Assembly (NCBI GenBank): GCA_030264375.1
Contig: JASCQW010000142.1
Span: 12,291,196-12,355,195, forward strand
From: Carcharhinus longimanus
Lineage: Eukaryota
Direction: 5' to 3'
Length of the DNA: 64,000 nucleotides
Numbering within the stretch: the stretch's first letter is position 1; each line of letters begins with the position of its first letter. The notes under the pieces were generated by a model, which saw only the letters and a program-made list of their open reading frames with translations, was not told where the DNA came from and searched no databases. Of this stretch, positions 50,469 to 64,000 are shown piece after piece. The translations under genes were made by a program, and so were the position numbers.

Positions 50469-53400
50469 ATCCCTACCACTTCAAAACCTACCTTATCAAA
50501 CAACAGTAATATTTCCCAATCGCTCCCTCCATGCCTCACCATATTCCCAAACATTCCAAATATTCCCTGTGTTAAAGGCACTACAGAAATGTAAGCTGTT
50601 ATTTATAAAGACCAGGGAAGAACTGCTGCCTGTACCTGTTGTATTTGTTCAGCAACAATGTCACTGTTGCTCCAACTTTACTGTAGTATCCAGGCCCAAA
50701 GTTCCATCCACAGATATTCAACAGTGCAACAATTCTTTTTTGAAGGCTGTGGGCTTATGATTCCAACACAAGATCAGCTGCACATTTCAAAGTCAACTTA
50801 TAGACAGCCTTCATGAGGAACATGCACACTGTTGATACAGAAATGGACACGGTCACTATAGTAGTACCTCCTTAGCAAGAATTTACCAATTGTTAAGCTA
50901 ACATTTTGCAATCTAGGTTAATGGGTTGTATGGGGAAATACAATTCTATTCCAGTAAGCGCAGTAACGCAATCCAGATAAATGGCAAATACACCCACTCT
51001 TTGCCATTCTCAGCACAAGTTTCAGAATGACGTACAACTGCATCAAGCTCCAGACACCCACTATCACACATAACAAACTGCAGTCTCAGTTAAAGCTTCA
51101 TTGACAGTGCCAGGATTACCTTGGTAACCCAGCACTCCCATTTTGCATGGCTTCCCTTTGATGCAGCCTTCACTGGTGACCATGAACTCTGTGTGATACT
51201 CTTACTGGGGTCAAGAGTTAAATGCAATTCCCACACAGATTTATTAGCTTACAAACAGAGTCTGCCCTCCCACTAAAGCAAGTTTATAGCCTGAAATACA
51301 GTAATTATACTCATAGAAAAATGCTTCTTTATTTGCAAGAACAGAGTTGTAATCTTTAACCCTTTAAGTCAAAGGTTCAGGCAAAAGAGACTCATTAGTT
51401 CACATAAGGCTCTTCTGTGTGGCACTGCAGTCTGTACCAGGCAGCAGCTAGTACTTTCATTGCATTATGTCAGTGCAGGGCAGGTGGTACATTGACACGT
51501 TCAAACAGTTTGCCCAATATAGTCACACCTTATTAATCCACGATTTTGAAGTATCATATTAATTAGGTCACTGGATTTTCAAGACCGCTCTGTTTATTAA
51601 AGTCAATTCAAGTGTGTTGGGAAGGGTGAATTTAAGAAAATATACACCCCATTTCCAAGAGTTTCATCTCAATATTCACCACTGAGGAAGAATCCTGGCA
51701 CAGCGCTACATTTTTCCAGGTTATTCTCAACAATGCACAAAGTGTGCAGTTTAACACCGCAATGAACATTTTGTGCTGTTGACTGAATACTAAAAGGCCA
51801 TGATTGCACAATACACTGATACGAATTTTCCAGAGTACAAGATGCAATGCTGCTCTGAGAGGAGGTTTTGAATTCTTATACCATTAGCCAACTACAGACA
51901 TCCACACACGTACACAGAATTACAGTTTGAAAATGACAGACATTAACATAATAAAAACAAATCTTGGAAATAAAGACCCAAACAAGAATTACAAAAGTGA
52001 TGAAAAAAATTATAACAATGGAGAAAGAAAAATATAATCTCCAAGAACAGAATATAAACATCAAAATGTCTATTTAAAGTTAAATCTCACGCAGCAAAAG
52101 CATTTCGACACACAATAGCCATTCACATTACAGGCGGATAGTGATTTGTAGCTTTAGATATTCAAAGCAAAAAGTCAGTTATCCGTTAATCAATAATGAA
52201 GTATTTACACAAAAGTACTCCCAATAATTCCAGATTCCAAGCATACAGAGGATATATACTACACAAATACCACAACCATTTCCTGGAAACAATAAGAAAT
52301 GCATTAATACAGGATGATTGTATGAATACTGTCCAATAAAATGTATTGAACATAGAAGTCATTTTTAAAAAATCTCAGTAGATATATTTGAATAATTTAT
52401 CGCTGTTTCTTAAATCATTGCTTAGTAAATTTTAGAAGGTTACTTCCCAAATCCTCTCATTATTTGGATTTTTATTGGTTTGCTACACTGTTTTGAAATG
52501 CACATATATTTTGAGCTCCTCCTGCTAGTGCCATTCAGCATAAAGATATTACATCGAAGAGCTTTTTTCCCCCTCATTTTAGACTCAGCAACAAGTACAA
52601 CACCATGACCTGATTTCTTCAGTTCCAGTAATACACACTATCATGAAGGATTTTCTCAACCGACCCACTGGTGCAAAAATATAAAAAAAACAAGAGTTTC
52701 TTCCTGGAGACACACGTGTTTTGTATACCTGACTGAGACTCACCAGTGCTGCCGAGATACGCTACTTAACTGTAAGTATGCATGACTCCTCCTGGAGTCT
52801 TTAACTTAATTCTGGAACAGCATGAGATGCTGCCAGACGCTAGGTGTTACTGGGCACATCATCTCTGATTTTCAAAACGTGCAAAATAATTCTAGTTCTG
52901 TGAGCAGTGAAGTTAGCAATCACACCAATAAAGTTAAAAAGAACATATCCCAGTTCATAACATTTCACTACATGCCATACATACATATTAAATAACACTA
53001 AATGAAGTGATTCGCAGAACAATTTCACAGCTGAATCATTTTCTCTCAAGCCAGAAACAAACTGTTCTCTACAGCAGCAATCTTGATTACAGCTCTGCAG
53101 ATGCGAGCTAATACGAGCTGTATTGCACCTTCACCCTCACATTTTCGTTCATCCAAAACAGATAATTTTTGTTGACTCCTGCTACAAGAGCAGTTCACAA
53201 AGGGAATAAATATATGCAGACTACCTTCCAAGCAACTACTCTTTTAAATGTGCAGTAAATAGATTAACCACACAATCTCAAGATTAAGTTTCCACTCCTG
53301 ACAGTAGAATTCATCAGGTGACCCATAAAATTGCATTCAAACTGACATCAATGGGAGTTGCTACCAAAGGAAGAGAATCATCTGGGTAAAACTCTGAACA

Positions 53401-54659
53401 ATCATCTCATTATCACATTTTAAAAAGGAATGATCATCTTGATTTTTCATCTGACAATTAGGTTTGAACTGAAGCCAATAGGAGTTTGAGATGAAATGTG
53501 ATTAGAAATTCTACTTCTCGTTTCCAAAAGCAGTATCACTGTTATATCACTAAGCTCCCAAGCTTCCAGCATTCATTTCTCATTCCAAAAGTTGATCCTA
53601 ATTCTTGTCTGCATTTAAAGACAGTTAACCCATCAAGATATTACAACATTGGCCCCTCCAGCATATCTATTCTATTCTCCTAACCTTACAGCACACTGGG
53701 GCAACCCAGAACTCTGTGCATCTCAAAACTACAGCATCCTACGTGGAGATGTTTAACAACGTGAAACACAGAACGAAGAAGATTGATTCTCTGCACCAGC
53801 AGTGATTCTCACAGCAAACTACAGATCCACAGCCCTGATTTCTGTTGACTAAATCAAATTAGCGAAAAGAAATCAGACCCTACCATACATTCCGAGGGGT
53901 TTCCCGTCCCAAGAGGAACATCCAGCCTGAGAATCAGGTCTACAGCATCCTATAACTATTGTCATCTAAAGATGTTTTTAACTTAGAGTGCAGGCAGACA
54001 ATTTTCCTGCATATATCTTAGTACAAAGGCCAGGCCTGTGTGAGGACTGTGAACATTTGTGTACAACAACCTGCCATTCACTTAACGTCTCTTATTCCAG
54101 CAAGCCAAACATCGGCCAAAGGCCAGCATAGTTGCACAGAATAGCATCCAACCTCAATGAAAAAGCACACAAACGTACCAAAATTACACTCAAGAACTAT
54201 AAAACTTGGTGAACTCAAATCTAGGTGTGGTCCATGAGGGCCCTCAAGCCAGTCGAAAATATAAATCATTGATGTGCAACGCCATAGTGATGAGAGAAGA
54301 GGTAAAAACTCTCATCTCAACACTCGTGATGTCACAAACCTGGATCAGCTCCTGTGTGTGTAGCACAGATCGTCATAATCACGAGATTGCAATCTGAACA
54401 CTTGTGGAATGAAAACAAAGAAGAAGCATCTGAATGAAACTGAAGCTCTCCAGTTTACAACCAGATATCATCTCAGCACAACCAAAAGCAATGCCATTCT
54501 ATCAATTCTGATGGATTTTTGTGATAATTGTCAAGTGAAAGCAGGTGGGTGGGACGAGTAGGTAGGCCAAAGAGAGTTTTGCTCCACCCAAAGTGTGCTT
54601 TGCATGAAAAGACATTTGAGAACTAAAGTCCTTGAAGTATTTTTGTTTTATATAGGTAC

Positions 54660-56265
54660 GTAGGAACAGGAGGCCATTTAGCCCCTTGAACCTGTCCTAT
54701 CATTCAATGAGGTCATGGCTGAATTGCAAACTACTCCATATACCCGCCGTTGCTGCGTGTCCCTCAATGTACATATAGGGAGACAATGGCCTAGCGGTAT
54801 TATCGCTAGACTATTAATCCAGAAACTCAGTCAATATCTGGGCAGCCAGGTTTGAAACCCAGCAAGGCAGATGGTGGGAATTTGAATTTAATTTAAAAAA
54901 TCTGAATTATGAATCTACTGATGATGATGAAACCATTGTCAATTGTCAGGAAAAAAACCATCCGGTTCACTAATGTCTATAAGGAAATCTATCATCTTTA
55001 CCCAGTCTGGCCTACAGGTGACTCATTTCATATGTACCATGATTAGTGTGAAGTGCTTCCCAATGTCATCTCTGAAAGCCTGAGTCCAATTTGGACTCTG
55101 TCCAAGTCTCTGTGGCTACCCAGTCTGTTCCTCAATATCTTGAAGACTTCAAATCAAATCACCTTTTAACCTTTTAAAGAATACAAACCCAATTTCTCCT
55201 AGTAATTTAACATTTAGTATCCAGCTATCATTTCAGCAAATCTAACCCTAATGCTGCATACCTTCCAAAGCCAATATATCCTCACTATGATGTGGTAACC
55301 AGAATCGCTCACAGTATTCCAGGTGTAATCTAACCAGATCTTTCTATAGCTGAAGCATGACTTCTACGTCCTTCATATTCCAGTCCACTTGATATTAAAG
55401 GCCAGCATTCAATTACCAATTTTGATCATCTTTTGAGTTTATTCGTGATATTTTATTGATCCACATACCTGGGGGGAACCGTACAATTCTTTGCGTATTC
55501 AGTATTTGTAGACTTCCACCATTTAGAAAGCAATCTGTTCTCACCATTTGAAATCCAAAGTAGATAACCTCAATTTTACCCCCACTGAAACCCATTTGCT
55601 ACAGTTTTACCCATTAATACAACAATGAATATTGATTAATCACATTAACAATGTGATTGCCATTAAACCTTAAACAAGTGATGGGTATTTGTGCACCTAT
55701 AAATGGGGGTTTAATTTGTTTCACCAAAAGAGAGTATAAATGCAGATATCTAATTGTTTGCTCAAATGAGTATAAATGGGGATAGCTGGGACACTTGTCA
55801 GTTGTAGCCCTGACTGTGAAGTCAACAAACTCTGTATTCAGTAGCTGTATCTTTGTTTAAACTTTACCAACCAGTGTGGATCTGAAATAACAATGTGAGC
55901 AACCTAGCTATCTTTGTCTTTGGCAAATTCAGATCTGTGGCTTTCTACCCATCTAAATAGTTAACAAATACAATAACAGTTGAGGCCCAACACAGATCCT
56001 GAGGGACATCATTAGTTTCACCTACCAATTGGATTACCAGCCCATTATCCCTATTCTCCACCTCTCACCAGTCAATTTCCTAACAAACTCAATAATTCAA
56101 TTTCAATTACATGATTTTTCAACTTGAGTTAACAACCTCTTATGAGAGGCATCAAATGCCTTCTTGTAATTCTATATAAAAGTAACACCCACAGGCATTC
56201 CCCGTCCACAACTCAATTCAAAAAATTGAATCAGATGTGTCAGGTATGATTTATCCTTTACTCCA
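54660..56265 (-). mobile_element. Decayed CR1 LINE with nested insertions
   Basis: Reverse tail gtaggaacaggaggccatttagccccttgaacctg, plus cacagtattccaggtgtaatctaacc and tcaaatgccttcttgtaattc (reverse of D.QKAFD). Confidence 0.7.
54778..55025 (+). mobile_element. tRNA-derived SINE family B, 3'-truncated, nested in CR1
   Basis: gggagacaatggcctagcggtattatcgctagactattaatccagaaac matches the head at 61954. Confidence 0.85.
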
Positions 56266-56634
56266 GAAATACTCAACATTATTAAAATTTAACAAAATGT
56301 GATTCAATTATGAAACAATGGGAAGGATTCTTTCTAGTTTCTCCAATTTTCTTCCATTCCTCCTCAATTCCTCCCACTGGGTAATGTTTCTGCAGACAAT
56401 GACCAACTTTGAGTACCTCAAACAGGAGAGTGTCATTCATGTGTGCAGGCTTCATTGTGTGCGCTGGAAGACTGGGCCAAACATGAAAATGATCACAGCC
56501 AAGCCCAATGCCATCTTCACCAAGCATCCATGTACTAGCTATTAATTTGCTAATTTTCTCCATTGAGTCGCATTTCCATTACAATCAAAATACTCGGGTC
56601 TTGCAACGTAGAGACACATATTGGAAAACGTTGT

Positions 56635-56890
56635 ACATAAGAACATAAGAAATAGGAGCAGGAGTAGGCCATCTAGCCCTTCGAGCCTGCCCCGCCATTC
56701 AATAAGANNNNNNNNNNNNNNNNNNNNNNNNNNNNNNNNNNNNNNNNNNNNNNNNNNNNNNNNNNNNNNNNNNNNNNNNNNNNNNNNNNNNNNNNNNNNN
56801 NNNNNNNAGTACTCCAGCTGCGGCCTCACCAATGCCCTATACAGCTGCAGCAAGACCTCCCTACTTTTATATTCAATCCCCTTCATAATT
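56635..56890 (-). mobile_element. Young CR1 LINE 3' part spanning an assembly gap
   Basis: KGIEYKSREVLLQLYRALVRPQLEY; same tail as 19938 and 31700. Confidence 0.88.
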
Positions 56891-58116
56891 GCAGAACTTA
56901 ATCAAGTTTATGTCATTGCTGTCCGTAGCATGAATATCTTATGCCTAGACAGTTTGCATTCAAACCACAATTCGAAATCCTAGTTAACATAATGCTTCTG
57001 CTTAATTTCTACATCACATGGTTCAGTGTTCTTAACACCTATGAAGAACAGCTTGCTGATCAGTCTGTTCAGCAAGAGTGTTTCTACCATAATTCCATTA
57101 ACAAGTTTATTTTCTCCCCCTTTGAATCAGTTGAAATCTCACATCTTGATTCGAATAAGACACTGCCACAATACTCAGCAAGGTCACTGCAGGATTTACA
57201 CAGTATTCAAAGGCAGCCTGTCCCCTTCAAAGGGGCACAAGATCCATCAGGATTCTGACTGAAAAGAGGATGATACTGCAAGACAGCATTGTGAATCTTC
57301 ACAAGGGTAATCTCCACACGGATAGTCCAGCTATGTCTATAGATGAGGAAATAGAAGACTGTTTCCAATTGCTTTGCATCGTGTACAATATCATTTTTTT
57401 AAAAAGTAAAACTTCATGGATGAATGTACTCTGTTTTATAAAACCTGCTGGATGGAAATTGTTTAACGATTATTCACATACATTCACAGAAGCAATTGAT
57501 TTTCCTCTAAGTAACCATGTACCGAGGAGCTGGGTAGTTTAGTTGGCAGATCTACGGCTCAGAATAAGCACCAACAGTACAGGATTCAATCCCTGTTTCA
57601 GCAATGGTGGACTTGAGGCCTACCTTGTCACCCTGCACCATAGATGCATTGTCCATGCTAAATTCTCCTTCAGTGTACTGGAGAGTGGCAATTAGAGGAT
57701 TTTCACAGTAACTTCATTGCAGTGTCACTGTAAGCCTACTTGTGACACTAAGAAAAATATAGTAAAGTTACAACATAAACCATGGTTCAGCTATCCTCAA
57801 ATAATTAAGGATGTTACCTGAAGAAGACAACCGTGTAGCATACATATATGGATTTGGAGACACAAACAGCTGCATGCACTGGGGATAGACATTGGTTTAT
57901 GTTTTTCTCTTCTTTGAAGGTTCTGCTAAAGGAGGGAAAAACACCGAGACCCCTTACTATGAAAAAGCTGCTAAATAAATACAAGCTCTTGTAGAATATA
58001 CCAATTTATGATAAAAACCATACCATCTTCTTTGCTCCCATAAGCTGAAGTGAATAATACTTATACTCAAAAAAAGTGTATTTTCCATATATACACTCTG
58101 AAAACCTGTGAATATG

Positions 58117-58398
58117 GGATGCGCAGTGGCAAGCACTGCTGCCTCCCAGTGCCAGGGACCTGGATTTGATTCCCGGTTTGGGTCACTGTCCGAGTGGAGT
58201 TTGCACATTCTCCCCGTACTTGCGTGGGTTCCTCCGGGTGCTCCAGTTTCCTCTCTCAGTCCAAATGACGTTAGGTGAAATGGCCATGTCAAATTCTCCC
58301 TCAGTGTATCTAAAGAATGTGGCGGCCAAGGGATTTTTACAGTAACTTCATTGCAGTGTTAATGTAAGACTACTTGTGACTAATAAATAAACCTTAAA
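58117..58398 (+). mobile_element. V-SINE with alternative tail
   Basis: HE1-like head and core; tail taacttcattgcagtgttaatgtaagactacttgtgactaataaataaa. A partial copy lies at ~57645-57750. Confidence 0.85.
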
Positions 58399-61300
58399 CT
58401 TTATATTTGACTGATTTATAATTACCATACATCAAGCAGTGCATATGGTTTGAAATACAATTTTACACTGAGTCGGGAACAACGAATAGTGAAATTTGAT
58501 TATACAGGCAAGTGCTTTACTCAACTTGAGCTCACCTTGCTCAGCATAAAACACTGGAATTATCACAACCATTAGTAAATACAAGAACAGAGCTAATTTA
58601 AAAGCCTGGACAAAGATTAATTGCAGCATCACTCTTAATAAATAGGTAAATCAAATTCTCCTCTTCACATTGGTTCTGCTCTACAACAACAGCTCCTAGA
58701 TGTCCCCAATTGCCACTCTTTACTGGACCACGAGGAAATGAGTCTGATCTGTGAACTTTACGGATTTTCACTTCTACTGTGCCCACCCTTCCCCTCACAG
58801 CATTCAACCACAAGGAACACAAATTTGCACTCTCCCATTCTCTATTGTAGCACAGCATGCAACTAAACTGGCAAAAATGCAGGTTGTAACTCCACCAGCT
58901 CTCATTTATGACTGCCCTTTAACAAATGCAACAGACCCCTTCCGTAAACTGTGGAAGGCCCAGATTCCGTAGTTCAGTCAATGAATGGCAATCATAATCA
59001 TAAGGAAACAACTGAAACATTGTTCTTTATGGGTATTCTCAAACAACTGTCCACAACCTTGCTAAATATCAAGAAACAATTCAGAAAGGGCTTGGATGCT
59101 CCTAAATGCCAGGAGAATTCACAAGTTAATTAAACCTGAAGCAAAGGATGGTAAAAGGTCTACTGCAAATTCCTCAAAGTGGTTTTGGTGCTAAAGCTGA
59201 GCACTACACTGCAGAGAATTTTGCATAGAGCAGGATATGCAATGACTTGGGAGCTGAGGAATACTGCACAAATGGCAAAACTATACCAAGAGTGAACTAA
59301 TGCAAAGCTTTGATACACAATTCCAATTAGGCTTTTACAAATTGAGCTGGCATGACCCCCAAACAGAACTCATTTCACTATTACATCTTTCTCACCATTG
59401 TTCCTCAACATATTCAGTTTTAAACCACCATTCAAATTGGATCACATTTTCCTGGACCATAATTTAGGTTCCTGCCTTGAATTTCACAACCTCAGATTCA
59501 AAGCTCTAGAGTTGCCACCTGGTATTTTGGCCTTCAAATTATCCCAGTTCCTGGCTTACTTTGGCCCATTCCACCATTTTTGAAGATTCTCATGTGGGAG
59601 ATTAGTATCTCCTACAAGCAAATCCAAGTTTTATTATTTCTTTTGTTTCCTCTTTCTGAAGACAAGAGGTGTCCATAAAGATGGAGACTTTCTCATATGC
59701 CAATGTACCAGTATGGTCCAGTATTAATGGCTCACGAGTGTTAGTGTTACGGATTCTGGGTCATCTTGATTTTTTTTTTTAAAAAGAGTCTTCAACAATT
59801 AACATTTGTACCTGCAGCAAGATGCCAGAAATCACAAATGAAAAAGTGTGACAGAAGAGAGATTATAAATAAATTGGAGAAAAAGATAAGGAAAGTGAGA
59901 AAGAAAAAAGTGAGAAGGGAAGAGAAAGGATGAGAAGGAAAAGGTGAGATATCCCACCGATTTATATTGTACAAGATTCAGTCTTGTTTCTACTTCACAG
60001 TAATGCAAGTGTGAATCATGTTTTTACCATCTATACAGACAATAAAGAACTGGGAAAGGTAGGGCACAAATGTATACAAACACAAGCAAAAAGTTCTGTT
60101 GTCCTAACTCCAATGCAACAGTAAAATATTGCAAAATAACCAACATGACAGTCAATTCCTTCTAATCATTAGAACATGAAAATATTGGGAATAGCAGGCT
60201 ACCAGAACCTGGTTTTAACTTTAAATAACTTAAAAAAAAAAATCAGGCTTTGCACCAGTTGCTTTAATACTGCAGCTAACTCCCACCCTTCCCAGCATGC
60301 AACCATCTCTGCCTAGATGATTTCCGATTGGCAATTGGTTGCATTGGAAGCATTTCTTGGGAATGACCAGTAGGCTCATGTTATTTGGGGTGGTACTGAT
60401 AATGGAGACATGACAGTCACTCAGAACAACCACATCAGCAAGTAAAAAAGTGGTTAAATCCGAGAGACACCATCTGATGATTAGCTCACTACGGTTAAAC
60501 CATTAACATTTTCTGGCATGAGAAGACAGACCACTTGAGTATATAACAACTTGCAATTGAAAATTTAGATTTTTCCAATGCTGGCAGCCCGAGATGCAAG
60601 TACATCATGTCCGCAAAGTGCTTCAGGATTCTTTAGGGCTCACAAAATTACAATCAAGCAAATCATTGTTAAGGATTACAAGTCACAATGCAAGTAGAGA
60701 AGTCAATGACTGCTTCTGTGTTACACCTTCAGATCAAAGCTTCTGGCTTAATGTGGCTTAAGGCATGTTCAACTGCATTAACTTCCTATGACATGAGCTT
60801 TCTGCATATATTGTGAAATAGCTAGCAGTTGAGTTCAAGGTAGTAATAATTCAACCTTAACATCAAAACATTGTTTACAAGTATCTTGAACTTCTAATAC
60901 CACAACCCAAGAAAACTCAATTGCATTGCCAACTATGATCACACATCGACCTATACTTTCTTCATAGAATTAGCTTTTATTTATGAGTAGTAACTTTAAT
61001 AGATTTAGCATAGTCTACTAACACTTTTATAGAGTTTGACTAGTATTTATCACACTTTTAAAAACAAAACTAAGATCAACAGTAGCCAATAGAAATAGTG
61101 AGATTAAGTGAACAATTCTGTTCATGTCCATTAATGAAAATGATCTTATACCATAGACATCAGAGAAAGCACTAATGTCAAGCTAGTTCCTAAAGTATAA
61201 CAACTGTTACTGAAAAAGCTCAATGGCTCTTAGCAGAAAATATTCGCTTCTCAACTAAGCACACAAATGCAAGTAGAAGTAAAGCTTGTAAATATCACAC

Positions 61301-61953
61301 CTAGGAAAACTGATCCAGGATCACCATAAATTCTCTATTTGTATAATTTTAATAAATTGCTATGATTTGTGTGGATGCTGTGTGGTGATTTGATACACTG
61401 GAGTGGCAAGCTAGGAAACTTCAGGGGAGCAGTTAATTGTCAACCACGCTAGGGTAGAATCCAGGCCAGGCAAAAATGCAAGTTTCTTTCCCTAAAAGAC
61501 ATAAATGAACTATCAGCTTTTCATTTTTCAAATTGAGATCAAATTCCCAAAGTGTCACGGCAAAATTTGGATTCACAAATTGTGGATTATTAGTCCAGGC
61601 TGTTCGATTGCTAATCCAGTAACCTAACTACCTCAATCTGAGTATAGTTCTAGAATGAATTTTTGTAGGTGTAATTTTGAACCAAATACATGTGAATAAT
61701 GCCAAATTTCAATCAAAATAAGCACTCATCTGTCAGACCAAGACCATTGAGGGACCGTGATGGGCCAGTGACAAGAATGTGACTGATCTAAACTCACATT
61801 CTGACAGTATAGAAAATCCTTTGTGCCAGCTTTATAATAAACTGCTCCAAGGTAGGCTCTAATACGTAACAAAAAGCATTCAGACACTACAGTTTTAATT
61901 TCCATTACTGTATTAATGCATCAATGGCTTTCACTGCATACAACACATTGCAA

Positions 61954-62318
61954 GGGGAGGTGATGGCCTAATAGTATTATCGCTAAACAATTAATCTAGA
62001 AACTTGGCTAATGTTCTGAGGACCCGTGTTCAAACCCTGCCATGGCAGATGGTGGAATTTGAATTCAATAAAAATATCTGGAATTAAGAATCTACTGTTG
62101 ACCATGAAACCATTGTCGACTGGCGGAAAAACCCATCTGGTTCACTAATGTCCTTTAGGGAAGGAAATCTGCCCTCCTTACCCCGTCTGGCCTAAATGTG
62201 ACTCCAGATCCATAGCAATGTAGTTGATGCTCAACTGCCCTCCAAGGCTAACTAGGGATGGGCAATAAATGCTAGCCAGCCACCGACGCCCAGGTCCCAC
62301 AAATAAATTTTTAAAAAA
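61954..62318 (+). mobile_element. Near full-length tRNA-derived SINE, family B
   Basis: A box tggcctaatag, B box gtgttcaaaccc, and tail aagggcaactagggatgggcaataaatgctagccagcc...cccacaaataaa. Confidence 0.88.
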
Positions 62319-64000
62319 TCACTGCCTTTCAGTCAGTTGTTTAATGTTGAATGATTCCCTCTCCAAATAATTTCACATCATCGGATTTTGGTATGTCATT
62401 TGCCGTGTACTATTTCTGAAAGAGTCCTTGGTGGAAAAACAAATCACACATTAATATAACTTTACACAAACATGTTTTGTGACAACAGCCTCAAAAGAAA
62501 ACCCACATGCCAACATTTCTATCAGTTATAATTACTTAGCCTTTGCACAATACACACTTCTTGAGAGATTAATCAAGGCCACTGACTTAGTTTCATTGAA
62601 ACAATAGCTGATTTTGTGGAATACAATCTCTAGAACAATACAAAAATTCACCTCTCCATTCACTGGTTTTATGATGGCCGATGAAAGCACACTTCAGGAA
62701 CGACCATACTGCAATGAATATCATACAGCACTATGCTTTCGCCCAAGAATACAGGCACTCACCGCAATGTCTCATATTGCCAACTGATATTTGTCCTCTA
62801 CACTTATCTCTACAATGTGGCTGATTGTGACTAGTCAGGAGTTGTTTCACGCAATGAGTAATTTAGAAAGACGAGTATTATCCACCTTCATACTTCAGTG
62901 ATATGTTAATGTTAATGGAATCTAAATTCCTTTCCCAGCTCTCATGTCGCAACACTTCAATACACAAATAAGGTAATAATTAATGTTTTAGCATGTTTGA
63001 ATGGAATAGCAGAATTTAGCAGGACGTGAATCTCCTCCAGTTGTTGAGGGCATCTTAGAGAAAAGCTGGCAGAAAAAGCTAAAACTCCAAATTCCGGAAG
63101 GTCAAGGGGCTCCTCAGAAGTTGACCTTCAAACATCTGTTGATCATTCTATATGAAGCTATTACTATTCATCTTAACCCAAACAAAATCATTGCGTTTCC
63201 AGCAAGAAAAAAAAGGTGGAAAGCAAGAGTGAGTGAAAGGGGAAGGATCGCAGGAATACAAACAAAGTTACAGCACAACCAAGATTGTAAATCTCACGGG
63301 GTCACCCTTTGAGACTCAAAAAGGCCAAGTTAAATTGATTAGTCTGTGATGGCTGGCTAGAGTTGGGTTGCAGCAGGTCAGTTCTTTGACAGCTGACTGG
63401 GATTGGGCACATGTTAATGAAAGCAGCTGATCAACTTTCTTACGTATTTTTCTCCTGTTCAAATACTTAATAAATCCAAGGTGCACTGATCCTATTATCA
63501 AGGGTCAAAAATCTTAACTCACAATATCTATATCAAAACAAGATTAAACACAATTTCAGCTGTGTCTTATCTCTATTCTTGTCCAATTTTGCTTTCTATT
63601 CATGGACAATTAGAAGAAATAGATACGTACTGCATCTCCTGCAGACAAATAACTACAGCCCTATTAAAGTCATTGAATCCTTAGTTTCCTTGAAGCTGAA
63701 ATAACAATGAAGGTGGTGCAAAAGAAAGTCTTTCCTTTTAGAATTATTGTATTTTCCTTTTAAAATTTTATGAAATTTATCCAATGAAAACTAATAATTG
63801 CTGAACTGAACAAGTTTCAAAATACTATAGACAGAAGTTTCATTATTACAAATCTGTAACAAATGATACAGTAGTCCCGAATAGGGATTTACATATATAG
63901 ATAGAATTTTAGCATATAGGCAGTCCTTGGACTTTCAACACAACTGGCTCCTAAAAATCACATCACAAGTCGAAAAGTCATAAATTGCAGCAAGTTTTCC

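Noticed and set aside
52725-52870. Minus-strand donor CTG|gtgagt with some CpGs, a possible leader exon
   Set aside because: No convincing acceptor or promoter context; cannot be supported from sequence alone.
33300-64000. Promoter or CpG island for the gene, or a second gene
   Set aside because: No CpG island and no ORF with recognisable non-transposon homology; the transcription start is probably beyond the window or in a gap.

Overview
Eukaryotic, AT-rich vertebrate DNA from a gapped scaffold (10 N-runs). The repeat content (HE1/V-SINEs, Deu-SINEs, CR1, L2, Rex-Babar, L1, Penelope-like) points to a cartilaginous fish. The only intact protein-coding gene is a minus-strand FRS2/FRS3-family FGFR/Trk adaptor, most likely FRS3. 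It has five coding exons (30159-30094, 27035-26849, 24638-24477, 22076-21910, 19781-18828), all with GT-AG boundaries and matching phases, giving 511 aa. The main finding is at 11482-11671: this genomic sequence is an exact exon-exon junction, joining the end of the last coding exon (cut at a GTAAGC donor that overlaps the stop codon) to a cryptic exon whose acceptor lies at 16380-16381. This implies an extra terminal exon that changes the C-terminus from ...DLPL* to ...DLPFSSFVGTHC*, and an RNA-derived copy that is either local or misassembled here. The first 3 kb hold a decayed foamy-like endogenous retrovirus with about 20 PNxxY pentapeptide repeats in gag and apparently two tandem protease domains. 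Sequence beyond 30.2 kb looks like 5'UTR intron, with one candidate uORF-bearing exon. Repeat family names come from motif recognition, not database searches, and repeat boundaries are approximate.
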